A stretch of DNA of 61,503 bases, counting the filler. It is 3 parts of 3 records of this genome, joined end to end, with 100 filler letters (N's around TTAATTAATTAA, not from the genome) between each part and the next. Parts side by side here need not be neighbours in the genome. Positions count along the whole stretch, not along the records: positions 35,098 to 61,503 come from SRR20825019_2615; 2 more parts are not named here. One strand, 5' to 3'. The notes under the pieces are model-generated. The model worked only from the letters and a program-made list of their open reading frames with translations, was not told the origin of the DNA and did no database searches. The position numbers and the translations under genes are program-made. Position 1 is the stretch's first letter. The number at the start of each line of letters is the position of its first letter. Shown in pieces: positions 39,741 through 52,319 of this stretch.

Positions 39741-42700
39741 TTAATCACATGGGTCCATCGATTTCACCACCGTGATCCACTTCAGCATAGTATCTGGCAG
39801 CCCACGGCCCTCGAATATGTTCCTGATTGCGAATATGCTCGGTCTGATCACCGAAGGGAAGAAATCAGGATCCACACCTGAAATCACAATGTTTGGACAG
39901 AGCGGGTCGGCATGGTCGCAATTGAACAGTGGTGTGTTCTTGCTGAATTTCACAAGCACATTCCTCCTTTGCCTCACAGCAGCAGTCAATTCGTCCACTA
40001 CAATCGCATCCTCAACATACATCACCGCCTGCCATGTATGTTGATGTTAGATAACGGTGGCTAAGAAATGCATTCGCTCACCTTGACCTCCCTTTCCATA
40101 TTTTCAATATCTTCCAAGTACTCTGACGATGTGTCTTTTCTATCTGTAATAATCACGGACCCAGACGCGTCCAGCTCCGCAACGATACGGGTGTCTACGA
40201 ATCCTTCCTCATCAATAATAATACCATTATTCGCATTGGCGCCGGATGAAGCGGTATTCTGCCACATCCTGCGGGTTTTTAGGTCCCAGGCCACTTGGGC
40301 TTTCAAATGCTCCGCCGGGTCGTAGTAGCCCGACGTCACCTGGGGCCCGCCCACAGCGAGAGTACCGTTTTCCTCAATTCCACACGTCTCTCCATGTTGA
40401 TCTAGTATCTTGAACCGCATGTTTGGGATCGCTTGGCCAAAGTCGTATGCACTCTTCGGGTCAAGATTATAGGTCATTAGGGACAACATCGCTTCAGGAT
40501 CTGATAGAACGTTAACGACCCGGATCGAGCTGTGCTTCCTCAATTTTTCCAGAGCTTTCACCGGGGTAGAGGACCCAATGTTCTGCCCTTCATAGCACAT
40601 GAAAAGACACTTTGCTGAGGATAATGCAGACGGTTCGTTCGCGAGCATATCAATGAGTAGATTAGGAGTTGTAAATACATACTGAATATCTTCGTGCTTT
40701 CCAAGATCAGGGGGCATTATCTATACAAACCCCTATTAAATAAACTTCAGAACCCCCATCCACACAAACTCACCATGCCAGTGTCATCATATGACGTCAA
40801 TACCGCAGTGCCTCTGGTCAGTATAGAATACGGAACAATTGCAAGGGCTGATGCCGCACTCGACAGTGGCATTCCTACATGGAACACACGGGCACTCGAG
40901 CTTGTACTCGGTGCGAATACACCTCCTAATTGGGAAGATAGAGCCACCAAATTTCCGTGAGTCAATCGCACTGCGGACGAATAGCAACTATTGCGAGTAA
41001 ATGCAAGTGCTGCGGTGTCTGACCCTGAGAGAATAACCGTGCACACGCTCTCTTTCTTCGCCATAGACGATATGAAGACCATTTTTTCCGTCAACTCACC
41101 AGCAGATACTCTTGACCCACTTCCGACATATACCTTTTTCACAGTGTTTGCAAATATCTCTGACGATTGTACTAGTCTCTTGACCAAATGGAAGTTTTTT
41201 TGAGAAGTATAAACGTATCGAGGAGATATCGCGCTCAACTGCTTTAAGAGAGGGCCCATTTTCATATTATCCTGAGAGAGCAGCCCAACCACCCCCCCAA
41301 TCATCATAACTGCATAAGCAACCACAACATATTCTATCGAGTTTTCAGAAACCATGGCGACAACGTCTCCTTTCTTGACGTTGTATTCATTTGATAGCAC
41401 CCCTCCAATATTCAGCACACTTTCCAAGAGTTCGGAGAATGTCATTGATTGCCCGGTGCGCCCATCCACTATTGCAGCACGACCATTGGGTGCATCTTTG
41501 CAGGCTTTTAACAGGTGCGATGTGAATGTGGTTCCAGGAATCAAGACATCTCCCCGCGGGCATCTGAATATGAAGTCACCAGTATCTTCGTCTTGATCAA
41601 CAATTGAGTCCAGCAAGGACGGCAAAAAGTGGAAGTTAGAGTTGAGACGCTGTCCAATGCTTCGCTTTCGGACAAGTATATTTTTCCTAGCACGAGGAGT
41701 CATTGAAGCCTTGGGCGTTTTCGCATTCAATGGACTACGTGGGCTGAACAGACCTCGGATAGGTGTTGAAACCTTTGGCGATCGCGGAGTTGCCATCGCG
41801 GTGGGCAGTTCCCGTTCACCTATGAGTGTCGCTGGCTTCCGCCTCGGGGGGACAGGATCCTTTGCGTTCTGAGAGAACACCACTGATCGCAACGGCTTCT
41901 TGGTTGACAAGGTACGGTCGTGCTTCACAATCTCGGTGTTTGGGACCAGAATTGTCGACGGGGGCACCGGAAACTCGTATTTTTCATTGGCAGGCGATCG
42001 CAAAGGATCCGGCCCAGCACGCTGCAGTTTAGGTGTCAACGGCCCCATTAGGTGGTCAACGTCCTTCATATTCTCTTCATAAAACGCCATGTACAACGAC
42101 CCTTTCCTTGCCATTCTGTGCGCACGTGCCTTCCTCTCCATTGCAACTTGGACTTTCAACGCATTGGTCGTCATGTCACTACTTTTTCTCTCTCTTCTAG
42201 CCTTCTCTCTCTCTAAACTACTCACCACCGAGGCCGCCTTCGATGCGATAGGAGGCAATTCCATAGATGCTTGGGACTTCACTGCCTTTTTCGTTTCATC
42301 GTAGCTCTGGCTCAAAGGGCCAACTTTCTTCTTTCTATTTCGGATTCTCACTGTCTTTGAGCCTTCTATAGTGCCATTCGGCAAAGAATCTCCCAAAGGT
42401 TTGAGTCTATGGCTTCTACCCCCATACCAAGGTGATGGTGGCTCTTCCTGCTGAATAGAGAACTGTGGTACTTCCTCGCTAGTAGCTGTAACACAAGTGG
42501 TTATCGCAAGCCCAAATTGAACTCTCCAAGGGATCAACTCACTGTCTGGTTTCGGCAAAAGCCTCACGGGAATATGTGCGTAACCCCCCAAGTTCTTGGC
42601 TAGCGGGCTATTCTCCGACGCGATCGCGCCGTTGTGGTTGGAAAGGTGAACTGCTTCCATATCTAAGGCAGGCACCTGAAAGTTGCTCTTGCGCCTGCCT

Positions 42701-42768
42701 TTCCCTTGAGGGGGACTCGGCCCAACTTCTCCTGCATCAAACGCAAATATGCTTTTCGACTTTGCCAT
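39741..42768 (-). CDS. AMP-binding (4CL/luciferase-like) fold protein with degenerate motifs and long disordered N-terminus; exons 42768-40774, 40720-40082, 40028-39741
   Basis: AIVDGRTGQSMTFSEL, VKKGDVVAMVSENSIEY, LTHGNL, GQAIPNMRFKILD, GTLAVGGPQVTSGYY, IITDRK. Two 53-nt GT-AG introns restore the frame (973 aa). Confidence 0.75.
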
Positions 42769-44024
42769 GGTATCCCTAGGCTCGTTGCATGAACTCACGT
42801 GAGAACCCTGCCAAGTGACTTCGCTTGTGCAATTCAACAATACCTCCTTCTATTTTTATTGCTTATCGGTCCAAGGTCCCTTCTGCTAGAGGCCTCCAAG
42901 TCTGACTCGAGAGGTGGGGCGTGGCCGGAGCTACACAAGGGTGACAGTAGGCTTTGGGGACACGATAGGATGACAGAGGCCACCAAGGCAACAAGGCCCG
43001 GCGGGCCCACGTGACACTGCCGGCCACCCCAGCCCGACCCAGTCACTGTCACTCATTGCCTTTGGTGTGGCCCTGGCATACCGTACGGTACCGGCAGGGA
43101 CGCGATCAGACTGGACGACCGGGGAGACGGTCGCGTTGCGGCGACGGCGTTTGACGGATCTTGCAGGGGGACCCGTCGCGAGCGTCGCCTGGCAACCCGG
43201 CTTCGCGAGGCGTCAGTGCTTGGCGGTCAGCCTGCCGGCGGGCCTCCCCAAGAACCCGGGTGGCCGCGGCCGCCAGGGCCGGCGCCGGCGGCGCACCGCC
43301 CGGCGGGCCAGGCGGCCTAGGCGTGAATCTCCCGCAATCTCCAGCTCCTTCCTAACTCCCCTTTCGGGGGGAAGAGAAACTGGCCACTCGTGGCTTTCCC
43401 CACTGACCGGCACCCAGCACTACCACGGGGCCGCCGGCGGTGCCGGGGCGCCCGGCCGGCCGGCGGCGCCGCGGCCGCCGCGGCCCGGCCCGGCCGGCCG
43501 GGCCGCTGAATGGAGATCCGCCGGGGGGCCACGCAGGACGCCGGCAGGCTCGGCCCCGGTCGCGGCCGGGTTCGGGCCCCGGAGCTCCCGAAGTCTGAAC
43601 AGGCCGGGCTGTGACAATCGTCAGTTCAGTGCAGTGGAACCATACTGACTTCTCGAACACCTGTCTGTCGCCCGCACAGGATGGATTCCCGAAACCACGG
43701 CTGTGCTCTCTCCCGGCTGAAGCTGCTGCTGCCCCATTGTCGCCGGACTTATCACCTGGCTGCCTCCACCCGCGCAGGTAGCAATGGCCGGACGCGACAA
43801 CTTGTACACTTGACAGTGTATGGTGGTATGAATAAGTGTACAACAAGACATAAATACAGAAAAAAAATTGAGGTCAGTGTTCGGGTATTACTGAACTTAC
43901 AGGAGCTAGTGTGGTGTGGACACTGACTTTTGAGAACTTAGCCATTGTCTACGATGAGTGTGAATTATTCAAGAGTGCTGAAAGGATATCGAAGACGAAT
44001 ACAAATATAAGCAAAAGTTGAATC

Positions 44025-47000
44025 ATGAACTCGGAAAAACAACTCGGTTTTCCTTCTGCGGAAGGAGTTTGTGCACAGTGTGAAAGCTCCATGCGGGAGG
44101 TCCTTAGTTACATAAAGAGGTTGGAAGAGCGGGTTCAAGTTCTAGAGTCCTCTTCAAGTATAGTGGCTCTTCGTTCTCAGCAAACTGACAACGATACGGT
44201 TAAGAGTAACGTTCTAGCGGTGCAAAACATCACACCGTCAACAGGACATAGCCAGGGCCAGGTAGTATCTTCGAAATCTGGGCCCGCCACCCTTGGGAAG
44301 CGCAAGGAGAGAGTCATTGGAGGGAGCAGCGATGCTTTTGCGAAAGGAACCGGTGGAAGCGGTGCTCTGGGATCAAGCGATGTCAACAGGCAAAAGGCTG
44401 GACAGCACGTTAGCCGAAACACAGAGAATAGGCAGCATGGACCAGAGCAGATGCAAACCGAAAGGTCCAGCGCAGGCGCAAAGTCAGGTTTAGGCTCTCC
44501 CATGGAGCGTTCCGCTGGGTTTGCTCGACCACCAGAACGGCTGAAAATTTTGGACCCTGACAGGATGAAAGACGGAGATTCTGTTGATGGCCAAGAGACA
44601 ATATTTATACCCAAGGGTGTCTCAATGCATCTGAAGGAGCATCAACTCGAGGGAGTCAGGTTCCTGTGGAAGCATTTGGTAGGAAACAACCAACAAGTAG
44701 GTGACGAAGGCTCAAAGATAGACCAGCGAATTGAACGCGGATGCACCCTGGCATTCAGCATGGGCCTTGGAAAAACTTTTACAACGATTACCGCAATATA
44801 CATGTTAATTCGTACACAAAGAGTTCGGACCATTCTTGTCGTTGCCCCTGCTGTTGTACTGACAACATGGGAAAGCGAACTCGAAAAATGGATATTTTCG
44901 CTTGAAGACCAGGCATTCAACAGAACAATGATCCATGCTGCCTCGGATATTCCCGCCTGGAAGCAACGAGGAGGGGTGTTGCTGATATCCTATGACATGT
45001 ACAGAAACCGGGCCGAGGAACTAACTGCTGAACTGAGGAACCCTGGTCCGGACATGGTGGTGTTGGATGAAGGGCACAAAATTCGAACAGAGGAAAGCAA
45101 GATCACGCAGTCACTAGGAGATATTAGCACTGGAAGGCGTATTGTTCTCACTGGATATCCGCTACAGAACAACCTTATGGAGTACAAAGCCATGGCAGAC
45201 TTTGTGCGCCCATCAGCCCTAGACATGGACAACGAACGCTACAAATGGCTGTTTGTATATCAGATTGAAAAGGGTCAATATGTGGATTCTCCTGAGATTC
45301 AGCAAAAGCGAGCCCGCAGAAGAGGCTGGATCCTGCACAACACCCTCTCTAGCATTGTATTACGGAAGGATTCGCGCCTTTTGGATGATCAGCTACCTCC
45401 CAGACTGGACTTCAAGATTAGTCTCCGGGTCACTCCACAACAAAAAGCAATGTGTCTTGCATTGTTGAGTCAGTGCGGTCCCCGAGGGGTCCTCGTGCTG
45501 GACAACTACTTGAACTACATCACTGCACACCCGCAAGTCATGTGGGACTCCCCCAAAAGCGCCCTAAAGGAGCAGGACAAGAATCGACTGACCCGAGTAG
45601 CCAAGCATATTCAACAAAACTACAAGTTGTACATGAAGGATACAACGGAGCCACAGGCAGTCGTTGAGCTCTCTGCCAAGGTCCCAGTACTCATGAATAT
45701 TGTCCGGCATTGTGTTGATAGGAAGGAAAAGGTTGTGATATTTACACATCGAATTCCTACCCTGCGATACCTGGTGTCATTGCTGGTCGAACGAGGTCGC
45801 CATGTTGACTCCTTTCATGGAAATATATCGGGAGAGCAACGAGCTCAAAAGATTGCAGCATTTAATGATGAGTCCGGATCCACTGAGGTTTTGGTTATTT
45901 CTACCAAGGCTGGCTGTGAAGGAATTTCGCTCACCGGCGCGAACCGAGCGGTTCTTTTCGATGTTGACTGGAATCCCAGCCACGATGCAGAAGCAGCTCA
46001 TCGAATCTATCGATTTGGTCAGAAAAAACCGGTGTACATATACCGCCTCATTACCTGCAATGGGCTTGACGATAGGGTATACCGCCGCCAAATGATCAAG
46101 CGATCCCAGTCAAATCTTGTGGTTGACAATGAGGGTGAGAAACCTAAGACTCAGCGTAGAGACGCAGTGATTGCTGAGTACCGTATGGATTCATATCTCC
46201 GGACCATGGTGGAAGTGAGGAAACCGGATGATCCAAAGGCCAAGGAGGAGGAGGAGGAATTTATGAAGAAGCATGACCATCTGCTGCGTAAGGATGATGT
46301 GCTCCTAAAGGTGGTTAACGAGACAGGACGAATGTTGTACACGATAGAGGAACACCTACCGACCGGAGATCTGCCCGACAAGATATCACTAGAAGAGCAA
46401 AATAAGGCCCTTTCTGAATATGAAGATGATAAGAAGTCATATGTACAGGCTGTTCGGTCAAAGGTTCATACTGGAAAGATTGCCCCTGGTTTGACTGCCC
46501 GCAGACCCGTGGACTATCTCAAGATTGACGAAGATGATGAAGTCGCTGAGGCGGAGCTTGAAATGATGCAGAACGACGATGAATGGATGGAGGATGACGA
46601 AGATGGATTGGATCCGGATTGTGGAATCGGAAATGGCCCTCCCCAGAATATCGTACGGGGCGGCTCATCCTTTCGCATGCGCTCTGCCTCTCCAGCGGCA
46701 GGCCTGCAAACAGCGGATGCATCTCCCGGGTTACATGCGAGGGCATCACGGTCTCCTACTCCTCTCACCTCAAGTAAGCTCCAAGCAGAACGCGCAAAAA
46801 TGGCACAGATACGCATCAAGCAGACAGAGAATCGCCGCAAAGCACGAGAGGCCGCACAAAATGCTGCCAAGAACAAGGTGGTGGAGAAGGTGGGGATCCA
46901 AAAATCGAGAGGAAATGGACATGATCATAATCAGGCCCAACGACGTAATCAGAGTAAGTACATGAACGCGGATAGTTCATGGCGAGGAAGGATGGAACCC

Positions 47001-47471
47001 CGTTCGGGAAAGAGAAGATACTCCGGGGATGGAATCTCACCTCGCGTGGATGACCGCGTCCCCTATCGTCGCGAGTCAATAAGCAGTGGGGGCGGGGATC
47101 GAGGCCGGTATGATCGACGTGACAGCATGGGTAGTGGAAGCAGCCGACGTTTCAGTGGTGCAGGGGAGAGGTCTCCACGCTCCCCTGGGACACCAAGGCG
47201 ATCGTGGGTGGATCAAGGACACTATCGACAAGGAAGGCACGATCGTGAGGACTACAGCCGTGGCAGGAGTCGAGACAGCGACAGCGGGAAACCTCGAGAG
47301 TGGCGCGAAGAGCGAAGAACTAGTGGGGGGCGTGGATCTCCCATTGACAATCAGCGGTTCAACGGGCGGGCCTCACCACAAGACATGCCAAGCCCATCCG
47401 GAAAACGAAGAAGGCCTTCCCACCCGCAAGAGTACAGGAAGGTACCGAAACCATTCAATAATAAGGATTAA
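44025..47471 (+). CDS. SNF2-family ATPase, ATRX/ARIP4(RAD54L2)-like, with Arg/Ser-rich C-terminus
   Basis: LKEHQLEGVRFLW, GCTLAFSMGLGKT, PGPDMVVLDEGH, RRIVLTGYPLQNNLMEY, ISTKAG, FDVDWNPSHD, RIYRFGQKKPVYIYRL. Confidence 0.9.
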   Translation: MNSEKQLGFPSAEGVCAQCESSMREVLSYIKRLEERVQVLESSSSIVALRSQQTDNDTVKSNVLAVQNITPSTGHSQGQVVSSKSGPATLGKRKERVIGGSSDAFAKGTGGSGALGSSDVNRQKAGQHVSRNTENRQHGPEQMQTERSSAGAKSGLGSPMERSAGFARPPERLKILDPDRMKDGDSVDGQETIFIPKGVSMHLKEHQLEGVRFLWKHLVGNNQQVGDEGSKIDQRIERGCTLAFSMGLGKTFTTITAIYMLIRTQRVRTILVVAPAVVLTTWESELEKWIFSLEDQAFNRTMIHAASDIPAWKQRGGVLLISYDMYRNRAEELTAELRNPGPDMVVLDEGHKIRTEESKITQSLGDISTGRRIVLTGYPLQNNLMEYKAMADFVRPSALDMDNERYKWLFVYQIEKGQYVDSPEIQQKRARRRGWILHNTLSSIVLRKDSRLLDDQLPPRLDFKISLRVTPQQKAMCLALLSQCGPRGVLVLDNYLNYITAHPQVMWDSPKSALKEQDKNRLTRVAKHIQQNYKLYMKDTTEPQAVVELSAKVPVLMNIVRHCVDRKEKVVIFTHRIPTLRYLVSLLVERGRHVDSFHGNISGEQRAQKIAAFNDESGSTEVLVISTKAGCEGISLTGANRAVLFDVDWNPSHDAEAAHRIYRFGQKKPVYIYRLITCNGLDDRVYRRQMIKRSQSNLVVDNEGEKPKTQRRDAVIAEYRMDSYLRTMVEVRKPDDPKAKEEEEEFMKKHDHLLRKDDVLLKVVNETGRMLYTIEEHLPTGDLPDKISLEEQNKALSEYEDDKKSYVQAVRSKVHTGKIAPGLTARRPVDYLKIDEDDEVAEAELEMMQNDDEWMEDDEDGLDPDCGIGNGPPQNIVRGGSSFRMRSASPAAGLQTADASPGLHARASRSPTPLTSSKLQAERAKMAQIRIKQTENRRKAREAAQNAAKNKVVEKVGIQKSRGNGHDHNQAQRRNQSKYMNADSSWRGRMEPRSGKRRYSGDGISPRVDDRVPYRRESISSGGGDRGRYDRRDSMGSGSSRRFSGAGERSPRSPGTPRRSWVDQGHYRQGRHDREDYSRGRSRDSDSGKPREWREERRTSGGRGSPIDNQRFNGRASPQDMPSPSGKRRRPSHPQEYRKVPKPFNNKD

Positions 47472-47509
47472 AAGGTCGATGACGCATCCACAAGTTGAGT
47501 CGCCAACAT

Positions 47510-48934
47510 TTAAGCGTACTTTGACAACCGGCGTTGGTGAGGATGTGCTCCACCGGGATGGTACTCACTCCAGTTGGGAGGTTTGATCCCTACCTTCTCA
47601 TACGACTGAGATAATCTATGGCTGCAAAGGTGATTAACTCCAGTCCATGGACACACATTGCAAGGTCACTCACCTGGGAAGGTCGTTTACAAAGGCCAAC
47701 AACTCGTCCCGAACTTCGTTGGGATGGTCCACTGTTACCTCCTAGCCACACATGACACATGATTAGGAATGATTCCTTTTCACCTGTCAAGCTCGGTCAT
47801 ACTTACATGCCCCCCTTGGCGAATTGCCACCAACTTTGAGTGTCTAATGTGCTCGTGAACATATAGACTATGTTCTCTCGGCACAAGCAAATCATGTGTA
47901 CCATATAAAATCAATGCGGGCACATCTATGGAACGCAAATCCTCTTGCGCGCACTGAAATCGTGCCGCCGCAAAACCATGCTTAAACTCCACTTTTGTTT
48001 TCACCTTGTCAATCTTTTGAATTTTGTTCCACTCTTCCTCAACATAACGACGCTCTTCTTGAGTAACCCCGCTGAGCATCACGTTTGCCAATCCCCGCTC
48101 TTTTTTCCCTTTCATTACCTCCTTGGCGACTGTCCAGAACCCACTAAACGTCATCCTTGGAAGGTTGAAATCGTTCTCGGCGACACTCACATTACACACA
48201 CACACAGACTTAACACGATCAGGATGCCTCATACTTAACGCCAGAGCCACCATTCCCCCTAACGACACTCCCAATAGGTGTGCTTTGGGAAGTTCATGAT
48301 CATCCATAATACATAATACATCCTCTGCCATTTTTTCTACTGTTAATGTCCATGGTGCTGCCGCCGTCGAACCGCCCATTTGGCGGGGGTTAATAGTTAT
48401 CACCTTGAAACTCTGAGCAAGTAGCTCATCAAATCCCATCCAATGTCTTCGAGTTCGTGCTAACCCACGCAGCAGAACGATTGGCTCTCCTTCACCCTTA
48501 ACTTCATACTCTATTTCGCCCCCCTTCACCTTCACCATATGGACAGATCCGATACACAACGATCGCCTTTGAACATTCGGTGTTGGCGGAGATAATATTT
48601 CATCTTCATCTTCTCCACTGCCCTTCCGTCGGCGAAAAAGGTGTTTCGTGATCCTTTTCAGTTTTTCCAGTCTCTTTTCCTGCTGACCAGCTATAGAAAA
48701 CTCCGAGGAACCCCGACTCGATGTGGGAGAAAACGGATTGGACGAAACCGGACTGGTCAACTCATGAGCCAATGTTTCTTCGACTGAAGAAGCGACAGAG
48801 ATTTCCGAGGTCCTGGGTTCACTCCCACGAAGGGGTACCACCTCCATTTTGATGGTAACATCTCCAATGTCTACTTCTGCAGTGGAAGATTCCTCCTTCT
48901 CCAGCACCTCCTTCTCTTTCCCCTTACCCTTCAT
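47510..48934 (-). CDS. Alpha/beta-fold serine hydrolase; intron 47742-47806 and probable intron 47622-47673
   Basis: GEGEPIVLLRGL, nucleophile GVSLGG, GTHDLLVP; splicing gives GGH|EVTVDHPNEV. Stop is at 47670 if the last intron is not used. Confidence 0.8.
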
Positions 48935-49780
48935 ACACCCAATACCGTCACCCCAACATCTTGGGATGCAGTAACATATATGTCGGGAGTCCACGACTGC
49001 GGCCGGCCGAAGGACTTGCCCCAAAAAAATTCTGTTCGGCCACTGGCACTCGGCACCATCCGGCGAACGGGGCTGCCAGACCGGAACACGGTCACATGCT
49101 CTGAGGTCGGGACCCGCGTCGGGCCGCGACAGCAACACGCGGCGCACGACGCAGCCCCACGCCGGAGGCCATTGCGGCGGCGCCAGCCCGTCATTCCGAG
49201 TTCCTCAGTCTAGGTACCATGGTCACCCGGCACCACCGCCCGGCGCGGCGCGCGCCGCCGGGGGCGCCGCGGCCCGGCGGCAGCCCGGCCCGCCGCGCCG
49301 CAGGCCCCAGGGGCGCCTGAACTGACGACCAAGCCCACGGCCCGGAACGGAAGCCAGCCGCCGCGCTTTCGGTTGGATGTGGCCGCCCCCAGGGGCGGGG
49401 GCGCCTGGCCGAGCCGGCGCCGCGGCCGCGCCACATCGTCCCCTCAGCCCCCCCCCGGGGCACTGTCGTGGGGCCGCGTCGAGTCAGTACCCGGCCGGGC
49501 GTGACGGCTCTCGTCCGCCGCGGCAAGGCGGACGCGAGCCCGGCGCCCGGCTCCGGCGGGCGCGGCCGAGCGAAGTTTGGGGGATACCCGAGCGCCCCCT
49601 CATGCATCGATAATTTTACAATCAAATGATCATGCTCATGGCATTAATTACCCTGGAATTGACATTTACTGCGCAACTTTCCAGACCGCGCGGATGCACT
49701 CGTTCACGCAAGCCAACTGAAGAGATGCTGATAGCGCACCAGCTTGCTGGACCATAGGATACTCCACTCAACATCCTCAA

Positions 49781-50866
49781 CTAATCTATAGAATCAGGTT
49801 CAGTGAACACGACCTTCCCGTCCTCATCAACCGGCCAGCAGTAGTTCTGCCACTCTGGCAATATGGGCATGTCATCATCGTATGCCGGATCCTTTGCATT
49901 CATCATGTCTGTGTCATCCCCCTTCTCCCCTATCGTAGGTGTCATGAAATTTTTGCCATACTTGACCGAAAGATGGTATGGAACGTCTGTAATATCCTCT
50001 GTCAGCTACAGTTGGGAGCAACAATGTGTCAGCTCACCTTTCGGACATGGCAATCTCATCCCCTCTAATTCACACTCCGACAATGGCAAGACGCGACTCA
50101 GATGTACACTGCGAGCCTGATCGGCGGGAAATCTATCACGCTGAACCCTATCGTGAATATAGCAGTTTCCCAGAATATCTGGTGGAGTTCTTATATAGTC
50201 TAAGCCAAAGTTAGAGTCTTAACATCACTCATCAGACTTGGAAATCGCACCTCCAAGGTCCAAATAAACTGGAAACCACCTTGACCGCCAGAAAATCCTG
50301 AAAGGAGCCCTACCAAGTGAGAAAAAACTGCACGAGACAGTTCATCAATATGACTCGTTATCATTTTCGAAAACACCACTACTTACCCAAACCCATTGAA
50401 TATCTTATTTGATTGCCAATCCCTGAAAAGAAGGATTGCCCCACACTTTGCCAGATCATCGTTCATAGCCTCGACTCTGTGACCACATAAGAATAAACAT
50501 CTTGACGATAGAACAAACCTACCGTTTCATGTCCTGGGCGAAAAAACCAAGGTCAATATCCTTGGGAAGGTCCCATGGAATCAATTTTCCATTTCTAAAG
50601 GAACCAAGCAAAGACCCGTAGTCCACCCAATAAGACAAGTCGTGCTCCGTAGCAACAGAGTGGAAGCAAGTCATGGTTTCTCTTAGCGCTTCTACTTCGT
50701 CAATGCGCATAAACGCAACGACCCATACCGTTGCAATAGCCAACAGCATAGCTATTGCGCAAACACAGAAACGCTTAACCTTAGAATACGTAGACTTGTA
50801 GGGTCTTCCCTTAGGAATTCCCGCACGTGGTGGGGCCCCAGGCCCTGGTAGGAAATCATAACCCAT
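49781..50866 (-). CDS. LicD/fukutin-family nucleotidyltransferase-fold type II membrane protein (5 exons)
   Basis: N-terminal TM helix; YWVDYGSLLGSFRNGKLIPWD..DIDLG; spliced C-terminus LPLSECELEGMRLPCPKDVPYHLSVKYGKNFMTP; four short GT-AG introns. Confidence 0.8.
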
Positions 50867-52319
50867 TGGGTGGCTTTCAGCTACGTTCTGAGGTTGAGTT
50901 GTCCGCTTCGATAGAAGAGACACGGACACTACGAACGATCATTCAATAACTGCAAAAAACAGTATGTATAGTGGTGCAACGCATCACCGGCAAAAGGCCC
51001 CACTCAACTGTAGGTGATACCCCTGGGTGGCGCTGTTGAGTCCGCTGTGGATCCACCTGCGCCGGTCGGAGGATGGAGCACTACCATCGTGGTGTTTGAT
51101 AGGTCCGCCGCTACGCGTCAAAAATCGTCACACCCACCACACCAAGGCATTTGAGCGCGACCACTGATTAGGCATGATATCGCTGACGCCGACCCGGCCG
51201 GACGTCCCCGATCCCACGACCCGGGCCCACGGTACACCGAATGATGGTGGAACTTTGTGGTGGGACTTCCACCAGCCGAAACTCATTAGAAATTTTGGCC
51301 ACAACCGACAACTCTCACTGCAGGGCTACTCCTCGGTGCCGAGAAACTGAAATAGTAACGCCACCGCATGGCCACGTGATGCTTCAGCAACGGGATCGCC
51401 GCATCACTCCCGGAACTCGGTTTCAATTTACCGTGCAGCCCGTTCCGCTTTGTCCGGACGAAGAACGCGCCAAAACCCGAGTAGATGTACGGCTGTTCCA
51501 TTTCCGAAAAGGCCAGTGACTTCCAGTGACTCAGTGACTTACTTCCACTTGTACCACTTGGGGAAAAAGATTACCCCCGTAAAATAGTACAATTTCTCAT
51601 TCATTAAACTTAGACTTCGTTTATATCTCCTAATATAACGAATGCTTAACCGTTTCTGGATTACGAGAAATAGTAGTCGTAACCGAACATTTCTTGTCCA
51701 ATAAGGTGATCCAGTAAAAGAGACGTTGAAAACTGTCGCAGTTTTGGGGTTGACTAGTCACCCTAATCAGATTTACTATTCACGATTAGTCAATCAGGGA
51801 AGGGCCAAAATTCACAACAGATTCATTACAGGGCTTAATGTACACTCAGCAACAACAAACACTTGGCATTTGATCAACCTCGCGACAGGAATGGCTAATC
51901 CACCCTTGTCAACCGGACCACCAAATCTAACTCTTGTGTCCCGCGCCCTCCACCAGACGGAAGGTGGGGCAGCGTTCTGTTATGCTTAGCCTAACAGTCC
52001 ATCCAAATCATGAATCACTCAAGACCCAACCTTGCCACAACTGCGACCTAACACCAAATTGCAGTGTGTGTCCGGGCACTCGCTGCTTAGTCCGGACAAT
52101 GATGAGTGCCGCTACCTGCGTTCGCTGGCGCAGCGCAAGACATGATCGACGGCACCGCTCCGGAAGGGCTGGCATTGTCCAACGGCTCCAGTTCCGTGCC
52201 TCGGTGTGATCCCGCAACAAAGGCGACAATGTCCGGGTGGCTTTTGCGTTTTGAGACCTCCTCGTCAACACAACGTTAAGTACGAGTTGTACAGCGGATT
52301 GTTCAAAATCAACCAAAAG

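Noticed and set aside
43067-43846. Arg/Pro/Gly/Ala-rich ORFs in GC islands (also 49191-49625, 56115-56526)
   Set aside because: Open on both strands because stop codons are rare at extreme GC; no domain signal.
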